Source: Camelus ferus (taxonomy: Eukaryota). From it: DNA of 64,000 nucleotides. The position numbers were made by a program, and so were the translations under genes. The stretch lies in the NCBI RefSeq assembly GCF_009834535.1, contig NC_045696.1, positions 83,330,001 through 83,394,000 of the forward strand. The letters are read 5' to 3'. Shown here in pieces: positions 52,606 to 64,000 of this stretch. Within the stretch, counting starts at the first letter, position 1; each line of letters begins with the position of its first letter. The notes beneath the pieces are model-generated. The model worked only from the letters and a program-made list of their open reading frames with translations, had not been told where the DNA came from and did not search any database.

Positions 52606-53952
52606 TCAACTTCTCTTGACGGAAACAACCAGCAGAGAGCTACAAATGCTTAGCTTGTGCCTGGATGGAATCTACTGTTCAAACTTGGCATTGATTGCAC
52701 TATTTTTTGGCCCTCCCTGAATATCTGAAGAGTTGACATTATCTTGAATTCCTATTAACTGTCATTAAGGCCTTTGTCCCTTAAAATTGACTGTTTTAGT
52801 CTTTCTATTTTTAGCCTGCCCAACAGCTGGCCCAGCTGAACAAACTACCTCAACGACCAGCTGAGAGCTGACCTGGTGGCCCATGTTCGTCCATTACACA
52901 CCCTCCATGGGGGCCTGTGAAAATCTGGAAGACATTTGTAGCAAACTGACTACTACTTCTGGGTCTTTTTCCAGAATTCAGAGTAAAAATTAACATTTCC
53001 TAAAAGTAATGCTACTCACTGACCTCTAATTCAGTATCTAATTTTCTTATCTAACAAAAATAACCATGAATTTTTATTTCATGAGAAAATGTCTTTTACT
53101 ACCTACCCAGAACTAGAAACTGCCCTATTTCTCTCACTCTTCTGCTCCCCCAAAAGCTTAATGATCTTGTTGTCCATCAGTGCTCTTGAAAGAGACTTTC
53201 ACCCCACATGTATTTCATGACTATTCTCTTTATTCATAAATGCTATTTTGAAAGGCACTGATTTCACTATTTTTTTTAGAACAGGGGTTTTATCTCTCTA
53301 TATAAAGAAGTATGTTTTTCAATGTAATCCTCCGAGAAGAAAAAAAATAAAACCTCATCACCTAAATTATTCTGTTATTTCAAAGGCTGACAGTTCAATT
53401 CTCTGTAGAGAGATGTAGGGTCAAGATGCATGAGCAAAAGTAGCAGATTTCAACCCCAGCGTAATTTGGTGAGGACAGAGGGGGAAAGGCGCAGCAAATC
53501 ATTCCACCAGCTCCCACAGGGACAGACGTGTCTGCTGATGCCTTGAACTGTGGTTTTTTTCAAAGAAACAAATATCCACTGAAAGAGGGCATTGTTTTAC
53601 ATTAAAAGCAAAAATTAGTAAGCAGAAAGTAGAGACTCTAAAGGAATGGGACCCCAAGTTGGGAAGACTGAATAGTGACAAAGGGTCAGGAAAGATTTGG
53701 AAGCAGGTGCCCTGGAGAAGACAAAACTGGGAAACAAGGGAGGGGATCACATGATACGGTGGATCGGCACAGCATGACTGCAAACATTTTCGTATTTCTT
53801 CTCTTTGAAACAGAAATATATTTTGAGGGGACTGTTAAGGTATAGGCAGTAATTTCAAAAGTGCAAAACTTTAAAAATAGATCTTGTTCTGGTATTTCCC
53901 AAAATGTCACTTTAAGCAGATGGCTGGGGTTTTTCAATTTAATTTAATTTTA

Positions 53953-54005
53953 CATTCATTCATTCATTCATTCATTTATTTATTTACTTATTTATTTATT
54001 TATTT
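53953..54005. repeat. Compound (ATTC)n(ATTT)n microsatellite
   Basis: cattcattcattcattcattcatttatttatttacttatttatttatttattt. Confidence 0.95.
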
Positions 54006-56559
54006 TACTAAATCATCATCTTGGGTTTAAACTGTTGGCATCATATTAATGCAGACAGCAAATACTCCTGTTACTTTATTTCATTAAGACGCTTTATCAT
54101 TTAGGAACAAGGAAGTCAGAGCTATAACTTGAAAAATGAAATGAAAAGCTTTACCAACTCAAATTAATTACTTCACTCACTTTCTTGTTTTCTTCAGTAT
54201 ATACCTTTGTGAAAAATTATTTATTTCATGTTTTTTATCATTTTTTTGTTTCATTTGTTATCTTCTTTGACTTTCCCTAAGTTAAGAGTGTTGGTTTTCC
54301 CTTACTTAAAAGCTTTCCAATATTTGAGGAGCCGCTAAATGTCACAAAGAGTGTCTGTTCATCTATACCCAGTAAGAACGTGGCTGCATCTTTAGGAAAT
54401 GGCCTTCTGAGTTTTGCTGAGTCTTGACGAAATCTGCTAAGTCGTTTAATTTGCAAACAAATGTTTTCATCTACCTTGAAAGGCCTAATTGACAGAGCTG
54501 CAGCATTAGCTCAGTGAAAACAGGACTATTTTTGCAAAACTTCCTTCTGTAGCTCTTTGCTGTTTATCACCAGGTGACAAAATTATGCACTTATGTGGGG
54601 AAGTAGCTTAAATACGGTGCCAGCTGTGGCATATGACTGCCTCAGGCAGTTAGAAATGTTTCCACTGATACCTCTGAGAGAGAAAATCATCACTCAATCT
54701 AACCATAAAAGCTACATAGAGACAAAAATCAATCATTCTAAAAGAGCGAAGAAAAATATCATGTATCATAGATATACACTGGAAGCTGTACATTAATAAT
54801 ATGTATATACTTATGTCCTAGCCTTATAAAGTAGCATGTCTCCAAAGAGTATGCATATAACATGTGTACCTACACGGGATGAGTGTTAACCAATAATAAA
54901 CATTCCAATACCCAGGCATAAAATAATTATTAAATAAAAAAGTAGAATTTTATATTTTAAATCCTTCTGCAAATGAGAATAACAAACTCAAAGGCATATA
55001 AATTTGGTGCTTAAATACATATCATTACAGCACAGTGTGTGTGAGTCTGCATTTTAATAAGACCACTGAAGAGTCAGAAATGTTTTACAAATTGGCTCCA
55101 GTCCACAAATCTTTAAAATTTACGGTCATATTGGCTTTACTCTGTGGAACCAGGTACCATTTCAATGTTTTAAGTGTGTGCCTCTGTTTTTCTCCAGAGG
55201 GTACAGATTTCAGATTTCTGCAAAGTTAGAAAGACTTAAAGCTAAACTTCCATTACTATCACCTTGTAAATCAGAACTCAGCTCTCAAAAATTATTTTAA
55301 AACTTAAATAAAAACTACTAAGTTGTTCTAAATCTGTACTTCTTCAGTATCTAATTTCAGGGATATGCCATTCCCCATTTCCTTTTTTGCACTGGATAAA
55401 GTGATATATTAGATCCCCAAGTTATTTTCTGTTATTTAAGAATATTAAAAATGCAAATAAACAGAGCCACTAAATGCTCGTAACTCTGGGAAAAGTAATC
55501 ACACTACATAGCGAAATGTCATCCTTAGAAGACCAATGTCCCGAGGAAGGGGAATACATGCATGCATACACACACACATGCATACCAGCACACACATGTT
55601 TGTGGGTGGTAGAAATTTTTGGCAGGTAACTTTTTTCCCTCTATCGCAAAACCCAGGTTTGGCTTCCTGCCTGTCAGATGTTAAATAAGCAAGCAACCTC
55701 GATACAAACAGATTATACCTCTCTCAGAGGTATCGGTGGAAACATACCCAGAATTGATCTTCCTTTTTACTTCTCAAAGTTATCCAGAAAAGAGCAACAA
55801 CCATGCTCAAGAAACTGTAACATCAGAATGGTCTGTTCTCATGAGGATAGACTGGGTTCTAGACAAGGAATTTTATCAAGCATCATCAAATCTGTTCTCA
55901 AAAGCACTTCTTTGGGCAGGTGGTGCCCGCCTTGCGATCTTTACACAAAGGTTTTGAAAGAGGAAAAAGGGGTTGAGGATGAAGATCACTCTATGTGAGT
56001 TTCAGTGCTCTAAAAATATATACTTTAAAGCTACTTTTCATTGGCTCTGAAAGGGATGTGCATCCCTTATTTATGGGGAAGAAGGCGGCAAATTAAATTG
56101 AAACCCCTCTTTCCTAAAGAGGAAATATTTTCTTGGTTTCAATAAGGTCACAGCAAAACTCATAGTGCAAATATTCTCACTAAATTTAGGTGCTTCTCTT
56201 AAAAGAAAATCATACTGAAGTGGCTCTGTCCATACTTCTCAACAATTAGAAGCAGTTGCTCCTTAGTAGCCCTGGGAATGCAGCAGTCAGACTCTAGGGG
56301 GCACCACTACTATGGTTAGTATTGCTTCCTCTTTATGATCAGCAGTAGGCACTCTTGAAGGTTGCTGTCATCCCATCTTTCCTTTTCTATTAAATATGGT
56401 TAATTGGTGATAGCCTCCCCCCCAGAAGGTACACAGGGTTGATCGTTTGGGTATTCCTCTGATCTACCCTTCCAACAAACCTGTCTTTTCAATCACCCCT
56501 GCCACTCTCAGTGCCTGACATCTTATGGGGGAAAAACACGGATGCAACAGAGCAGAAAC

Positions 56560-58390
56560 ATTTTCATCTTCTCATCACTAAACCTGCCATCTGCATCTCT
56601 CTGCATCTGTAGCCACATTCTTCACATTCCTTCTCTGGAAGACACATCCTGGCCCTGCTCAGATGGACATCTGCTCTCTTCACTTAAGCCCAAGTCACCT
56701 CCTGCGGACATCACTCCAGCAATGCTGTCCTCTCTCTCCTGCATCTTTCTTTTTTTTTCTCTCTTTCAGCTTGAGTATTTCCCCGAGCATACAAAATACT
56801 CTGAAGTCTCTTTCTTAGAAAACACGTTTCTGGTCTTCTCATACCTTCCTTCTTGACCACTGCCTTTCTCTGTTCCACTTCCTCAGTAAAAAAACTTATC
56901 AAAAGAGTGGTCTACTGGCATCTGCATCTCCTTGTCTCCCGTTCACTCTTCTACAATCAGTTTTCATCTGCCTCCCCTCCACCGAACTGCTTTTACAAAA
57001 CCTACCTATGACATTCATATTACCAGCCCTCGTCATTCAGTAGGAGCCGATAATAATATTTTGGCCTATCTTCTCATTAAGATGAAGATGAGAAGACAGT
57101 CCAGGGTATTACTATCATCTCCTTCTGAATTTTTTTTTTTTTCCTGTCGGTTTCTGTGACAGAGCACTCTTCTGGTTTTCCTCCAAGCTCAGTACCTGAT
57201 GAAAAGTCACAAGGTCTTGGCTGGATTCTCCTCTTCTGCCAAACCTCTAGATGGCAGGCTGCCCCAGCCTTGGTCCTGAGCCCTCTTCCTTCTTCCTTCT
57301 TCTCTCTCTGGAGGTGATGCCAGCCAGTCCTGTAGCATTAATTAACATTTATCCATTGAAGACTCCTCAACTTACAACTCTGACTCAAACTTCTTTCTTT
57401 TGTCTCCAGACAAAGCCCAACAGCATCTTTGACAGCTCTGTATGAGAACATTTGGTTTCTTTGTGCAAAACTGTTCTTCCCATAGACTCCCATTTCGTAC
57501 TGGACTCTACCAGCATCCCCCTGGTCTCAAGTTAAAATCTGAGGAGTGACCTTTTTTCCCGTGTCTCCAGATTCCAGCTAAGAGCAATACCCACTGGATT
57601 CACTTCCAAAATGTGTTTCAAGTCGTTCCTCTCTCTCCATCTCCACTACTACCACCTTAGTGTAAGTCACACTCATGTTGTTTCTGCCAACTGTGGGGTC
57701 CTCCTAATGAGCTTCCTCCTGCTCCATCCATGTTCCCTTTAAAACCCACTCTCCACACCAGCCAAAATCATCTTTTGAAAACAGAAATTGGATCAGGTTG
57801 CTCAGCTACTTAAACTTTTCAGTGCCTTTCCAGCGCTCTTTGAATGACAACGTCCTTTCCGTGGCTCCCCACACGCTTCCCAAACTACTTCTCTCCCTTC
57901 TTGTCCTGCTGTTCCATAATGTGTCCATGTCATTTACTATGCTTCAGTAGAAACTGGTCTTCCTTCTGCCCCTGGGATATGCTCAGCTTGTTTCCACAAC
58001 CGGTAATTGAATTTTCTCTTCCCTTTGCCCTGAAGATTTTCTCCCAGATCTTCACATAATGGCCCTTTCTTACTATTCAGTTATCAACTTGCCCGTCACC
58101 TCCTGAAAGCAGCTTTCCATGTGTGCTCTCAAACTGTCACATTCCCCACCACACGCAGCACTAACCATCACACTGCCCTTTTTATTTTTATATATTAACC
58201 ACCATCTGAAATGACTTTAGTTTGTTACTCACTAGTTTATTGTCCTTTTTCCCTTGATGAGACTGTAAGCTTCCTGAGAAGCTCAGGGAGCTCTTCAGTC
58301 ATGTTCAGGACTGTCTTCCAGCCCTTTGGGGTAGTCTCTGGCACATCGTAAGTACAAAAACTGCAGTTGAGTAAGTGATCGAATGAATGG
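56560..58390 (+). mobile_element. Long L2 fragment (about 1.8 kb)
   Basis: Pyrimidine-rich L2 body (ccactaccaccttagt; ccaaaatcatcttttgaaaacagaaattggatca) ending agactgtaagcttcctgag...ctggcacatcgtaagt...gaatgaatg. Confidence 0.8.
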
Positions 58391-60208
58391 GGATGTCTTG
58401 CATGACGGATACCTAGAGTGATATGTTCTGTGCTGGGACATCCATAGAGTGCCAGCACCATCTGGACTTCCGTTGCTGTTACCTTATATGGGTGCTACAG
58501 ATGACAGTGAAACCTCAAAGGACAGGCATTTCTGAATTGATACAAAACCTACCTTGTCTTGTTGCTTCTCTCATAATTCCCTGTTCTTCCCCTTCATAAA
58601 TCCTAATCCCCAGAGTTGAAATTCTGCTGACTGAAAGCCCCAAAGAGGCAAGAAACATCTCCATTACAGTGCTGGGTATATTTGGTTACTGAGTTTTTAA
58701 AACCACACCCTTTTTTCATGGTAGACAACAATAAAATACCCTGTGTCGGACTCGTGTCCAATCTCCAGATTACTCAAGGATGCCAAGGGGTCACTGCTGC
58801 TGTTGAGCACAAGGTCATCACAGCCGTGACAATTCAAAGCCAAGGAGAACACAACGAAGTTGGGCTTCACTGTTGCAAAGTAATGAGCTTAAGATATTTC
58901 CTCCTTATTTTTATAAATTGAGCAAATATTTAAGATAATTAACTTAAAGTTACATATGAAAGAGAATCCCCAAAGAAGGAACAAACTTCATTATTCAAAA
59001 TCCAGTTACTTCAAAGCCCAAGGCACGGGTGAATTTTGCCTCTTACACTCCTGATCTTAGACCACACAGGGAGAGGGTAAAATAGTTCCATCTCAGTTTC
59101 TTAAAAAGATAGAAGGAAATATAAACACAAAGAATCTTCCAGTCACCAGAGAAATGCAGTAAAAATATTTGGTGTATATCTTTTCAGATTTCAGTAACAG
59201 GCGTAATATTCTTGCTCACCAAAGTGATTTCATACCTGACCTTGATCCAAGTCTTAAGTCTAGTCCAGAGCTACTGATGAATCACATTTCAAAAGTTTTC
59301 CAAGGTAGTTATTACGAGAAGTCCATTTTAGGAATCATCTTAAAGAACAATATCCTATTAGGGTAATAACTTAATTTTTTTTCCTTCCTTAGAGAATTTC
59401 ACAGAGTAAAGGTTATTGGGTCCACTTTTTATAATTATCATACAGTCACTGAAACTCTGAATAGCATTCTCTATTCAAGGGTCTCAAATGTCTTACTCTC
59501 ATTTATTTTAATCAATAGAAATTTTTAGGCCTTGACTTTTAACTTGAAATATGCTTCCAATATCTGTAAGTGAATAAATATGTGTGCATAAGTGGGTTTA
59601 GTAGATTTTCTGTAAGTCACACATCTTGGAAAATAAAATGGAGATTAGGGATTTTCACTTGCGGTAACTTCTAGATAACGATGACAATTTAAGCAACTAG
59701 GAGACAAACTCTTAAGAAATTAGAAATCACTAACATTTGAGTAGACATAACAACTACTGTCAAATAAGAAATAGTGAAATTCACAATACGAGAATGAAAA
59801 GGGGTTCACAGTTTCTTGCTTAACAAAACTCAATAGTAAGAGACCATTAGTTTCCATTTTTAGAAACAATTTAGTTCAAAGAATCCTAGACACATTAGTG
59901 CTCTCCACTTAGAAATGTTCCCCAGGTGACAAGAAAAATAACTATTTAATAATGAATTTTCACAAAATCCTGCTAATCATCTGCTCGTGAAAAAGAATAA
60001 ATACTAAAACTTCACAACATCCAGAAAAAAGATATACACACAGAGTTAAATGAAACCCTGGAGTAATCATTTCATTTAATACTCTATTAATTTCTAATAT
60101 TTTACTGCTGAAAGTATATATTAATAAACTATAATGTTTATATTCATGCGAAACACCAAAAGGAAAAAGTGCACCCCTTGTCCTCAAGGAGTGTGGCCCA
60201 GATACAGG

Positions 60209-60294
60209 ATGAACCACTAGATCACAAATGCTTCACTGCCGGGGACCAGAAACACGAAGGTTCCCGGCAGTGCATTTTACATCCAGTGGTTCAT
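60209..60294. other. Imperfect inverted repeat (36-bp stem, 11-nt loop); candidate structured RNA
   Basis: Arm ATGAACCACTAGATCACAAATGCTTCACTGCCGGGGACC (60209-60247) pairs with GGTTCCCGGCAGTGCATTTTACATCCAGTGGTTCAT (60259-60294). Confidence 0.85.
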
Positions 60295-61289
60295 GCTTCT
60301 TTGGATTATGACAGACATACTGTAGTATCCACAGATAAATCAACCTGGAAGAGTACATGCTCAGATTTTAATAGTGATTATTACCACAGACTTGAACTTC
60401 CTACTGTATCTCCAAAGAATTAATTTTTTTTTAATAATAAACAAACATTCTTGCAAGCAGGAAAAAATAATAAAGTTTTTTTAATTGAAATAGGTGACTG
60501 GAGCTTGGCAAGCAATCTGGGGAAATTTATGTTAGTATTTGATGTAAATCAAAATTTCTCTTCAGTTTTTTTTTTTTTTCATACATAGAGTATTTGTGTG
60601 ATTATGCAGTGTCTGAATTAGGGTTTCATTAAGATCTCATTTTCATCAAGGATACATTCATCTGAAGAAAAACTTGCCAACCAGAAGGAAACTCCTTAAA
60701 TCACAAGGTATCACTGCCAAAGTCAAAGAGCGTATGTTAAGTGTATATTCTCTAAGCCAAGCTGAAATTGATCCAAGCTGTGTTCTCTGTCACAGTTATA
60801 TCATGCGGGAAAAAAAAAAAAAAAACTTGAAATGTAAAGATGTTCTCTAGTTTTCCCATTTCTTCTGGAATAAAATTAGAGGTGCCCCGCCAACCCTCTC
60901 CCATTTCAGTAACAGTAGCAACAAACCCAGTTCCAAAATTGGTAAAGTTAGGGGTTACTATTACCATCTTAAGAAGAGTCAACACTTTATAAAAAGAATA
61001 TACTTTTTAGGATTCAAATCTTAGAAAGATGAGCATTTCCCTTAAAGGCATAATTTGTTTGACTAAGACTGTAACGAGCTATGACTTTTGAGGGACATAT
61101 ATTTTGCAGGGTGCAAAGTATACTTATATATCACTTTACATATATTGAAAATTGGAAGATATATTTGTACTAATTTTTTGATGTTAGCTGTTATAAAAGA
61201 AATTATAATAAAAGCATCCATTATCAGTAGTAAATCTGTGGTGTTGGAGATGATAGTTTGAAAACATGTGAAATATTCTTTCATGTATT

Positions 61290-61530
61290 CACTCATTCAT
61301 TTAACAAATATTAATTGAACACTATATTCAAGGCATTGCAAAGGACAACAGGCAGAAAAAAAATACTGCAAGGACCTCAGATGTGCAGATGTAAGTCAAG
61401 CTTTATAGAAGGGTTGACGTCAAGAACAAATGACAGTTCACCAAGTGGGAAAAGGGAGATTGCAGCAGAAGTCCATTCTGTCCAAAGGCAAGAAATCATG
61501 AAAGAGCAACGCTTATACAAGGAGCTGTAA
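61290..61530 (-). mobile_element. L2 3' fragment
   Basis: tcattcatttaacaaatattaattgaacactatattcaaggcattgc. Confidence 0.7.
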
Positions 61531-61732
61531 GTATTTAGGTTGAAGCTAAATTTAATTTGCTATTTTTGTAGCTCAAAAATGACAGAATATCCACAATTTT
61601 AAAAGGCTCATCTTCCTCATTGGGAAGAAAGGAAAGAGGGAAAGGGCAGAAGAAGGAGCTGGAGACATAGGAGTAACTATTATGTTGAGCCTTGTTTGAT
61701 GAGCTTAGGAATTTGGACTGAACTCTCAACAT

Positions 61733-62080
61733 CAGTGCTTCTCAGACTTTCAGTGCGTCTCAGTTACTGGGGCCCACTGCTCAAACACAGATTCTGATTC
61801 AGTAGGTGTGGGGTGAGGCCTGGGATTCTGCATTCCTGACAAGCTCCCCGGGGATGCCCATGCTACTGGTCCTAGAACTGCCCTTTCAGTAGCAAGGCTC
61901 TGGGGCAGCTAGTCTCAAAATTTCTTGTGAATAACAACCCACTGGGAAACCTGTTAAAATGCAGTTCTGTGGGCATTTAACTGGTTCCATGGATCTGCAG
62001 TAGGCCCAAGAACCCCCATTTTTTTGTTGAGTACTCTGAGTGATATTAAAGGAGGTGGTCCTTCACTGGGGGACACACTG
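61733..62080. mobile_element. Two adjacent MER5-family MITEs (MER5A1-like 61733-61897; MER5B-like about 61907-62080)
   Basis: cagtgcttctcagacttt...cagattctgattcagtaggtgtggggtgaggcctgggattctgcatt...cagtagcaagg, followed by a second, more diverged copy. Confidence 0.85.
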
Positions 62081-63329
62081 AAAAATGGAAAGTAGGGAGG
62101 TGTTCATTCTTACACAGTAAAAAGCCAAAGGGATGTCAAGATGAAGGAAGAGTGAAGAGTACTGATTATTTATTCAAAAAATAAGGCAAGAAAAAGACCA
62201 TGTAGAAGGGTACAAGGAGGCTGACAATCAGAAAAAGAAAATAATGCCCCAAATAATAATAACAGACTGACACGTTTGCACAGTACCCGTAACTCTGACT
62301 GCCTGTGGTACAACTTCTTGATTCTCTCCTATGGCTGAATCCTGGCCCGTGAAATGAATGCACCAGTTTATACTTTAAGACTGGCCGAGTGATCTATTCC
62401 AAGGATTCTGCTACTAATTATAGCTCAGAAGTTCTTGGAAAGAAAATATGACATAAGCATAAATTTACCTAAGATAAAACAAATGCACAGATGTTTCTGT
62501 AGCCTGCATTTAGTGCTGCTGAGTGTGCTCCCAGCAAAGATGAATGCTCTTTAGAGTCACATAAAATATCTCGATATTATGTGTACTGTACACTCAGTGC
62601 AGGTCGCCTAAATGGGTTTAGGTTGCTCAACAGATATCATAAATATGCCGAATGAGAAAACTTCAATATTTACTGTGTTCTAACTTTGGCTGAACACACA
62701 TAACATCAAAACAACACCCAAAACATCGTGCTTCTATAAACCGAACTCAGATGTCTTCCTCTGCAAAGTTCCAGAACATTACCCTGCCCAGGAAAGACCT
62801 GAAGCAAGGCAGGGATGACGAACACCTGTTCCCGTAAAGCCTGGTGGCTGCAGTGAATCAAGTTGGACATAGGATTAATGAGTCTCTTAATCGAAGTGGT
62901 AGAAACCAGGAGGTAGTGCCAAGGTAAGATTTGATAGCATTTTGGCTTCTCAGTGTTCTGGGTTTTTGACCATGCAGATATAAGATTAGAGGTTTAGACT
63001 GTCCGTCCAAATCCTAGATTTCATATTCTGCCTTTTGTGAAGGAGTGCTGGGAAGAAAAATACAGCGGTACAGAGGGATTTTGCTGTTTAATTTATCACT
63101 GCTTTCACTTTCAAAAATTCTATAATGTTCTTTTATCATCACAAACATTTTTAAAAATGAACAGAACTTTTATAATCAGAGGTAGGAATCACAGGCTGGT
63201 AACTCTTAAAAAGGCTAGCATATGAAGTGAAAAACAAATAGAGAACAAAGCACACTTTAGGTAATCTTTTTGATTTTTTTTTAAATATTGCAGTCCTCCC
63301 TACAGTGACTTTAAAGGGTCCATGACCTC

Positions 63330-63680
63330 TGCAGCAGACTGTGTTCCCAAAGACAGCTGTGCCACTGCTTTGCACCCCACACGCTCTTCTCAAGTGTGAT
63401 CCTGACACTCCACCAACAAGGGGCGGAGTCCACTCTCCTTTTGTACCTGAGTTGGCCTTACTGACTTGCGTAACAAGTAGAATGTGACAGAAGTGATGCT
63501 TTGGGATTTCTGAGGCTCGGTCAGAGAAAGCCGTGGAGCTTCTGCTGAGATCTCCTAGTATTTGCTGTTGGGAGACTCCCCCTTGGAACCCAGACGCCAG
63601 GCTCTGAGAGGGCCAAGCCCTACTAGGGGCTTGTGTAGAGGCTCTGGTTGACGGCCCCAGTCCACACCCAGCATTCACCC
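63330..63680 (+). mobile_element. MLT1F/G-like MaLR LTR (5' part)
   Basis: agaatgtgacagaagtgatgctttgggatttctgaggctcggtca...ttggaacccagacgccaggctctgagagggccaagc. Confidence 0.8.
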
Positions 63681-63699
63681 CTCTCCACGTTCCCCTTTC

Positions 63700-63841
63700 A
63701 CTCTATGAGCTTTTGAAAAGCTACAATATCGACTCTCATCTCCCAATTAAATAAGAATCTCACAGTGAAGGGCCCAAGTGTCAATGTTTATAAAATGATT
63801 TCCAGGTGACTGCAATCTGCAGCCAGGGTTGAAAGCCACCG
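63700..63841. mobile_element. MER5-family MITE remnant
   Basis: tccaggtgactgcaatctgcagccagggttgaaagccaccg. Confidence 0.6.
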
Positions 63842-64000
63842 ACTAACAGCACGGTACATGCACAGAGGAAAATAAGCCTTCTTACATTGTCTGTGGGCCT
63901 TCAGACTCGAAAAGTGACGTCACATTCAAGCAGATATTAGCAAATTGTATACATAAGTTCTCCATTTCCAAACTAAATAATCTAGAAGATAGGGTTTAAG

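Noticed and set aside
60209..60294. SECIS element or miR-34/449/148 family member
   Set aside because: The ATGA is fully Watson-Crick paired, so there is no GA quartet. GGCAGTG/CAGTGCA are present, but the rest does not match those miRNAs as I know them.
63151..63678. Longest ORF in the track (175 aa, minus)
   Set aside because: Mostly the antisense of an MLT1 LTR; no protein-like features.
1..64000. Naming a host gene
   Set aside because: No exon translates to a protein I recognise; any symbol would be a guess.

Overview
AT-rich, CpG-depleted mammalian genomic DNA. It is most likely camelid, judged from a tRNA-Ala-derived Vic-1-type SINE and cetartiodactyl-style L1 3' ends. I recognise no protein-coding gene, tRNA or rRNA gene, CpG island or CRISPR array. 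The only ORF with a clear identity (47208-47504) is the C-terminus of a truncated L1 ORF2p. Much of the window is decayed transposable elements: L1, HAL1, L2, L3/CR1, MIR, ERV1/ERVL/MaLR solo LTRs, and hAT and Tigger DNA transposons, several nested. A-run skew, retroelement orientation and minus-strand splice signals suggest a long intron of a minus-strand transcription unit, which I cannot name. The best leads are an 86-nt non-repeat hairpin with pri-miRNA-like geometry beside a second hairpin and T-run (60163-60294), a strong AG|GTAAGA recursive-splice-site motif (30544/30543, minus), a MEF2/E-box/TEAD/MEIS motif cluster near 34 kb, and an ETS inverted repeat (27910-27947). Repeat family names come from memory of consensus sequences, not a RepeatMasker run, and boundaries without TSD support are approximate. 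I see no convincing evidence of a wholly new biological system.
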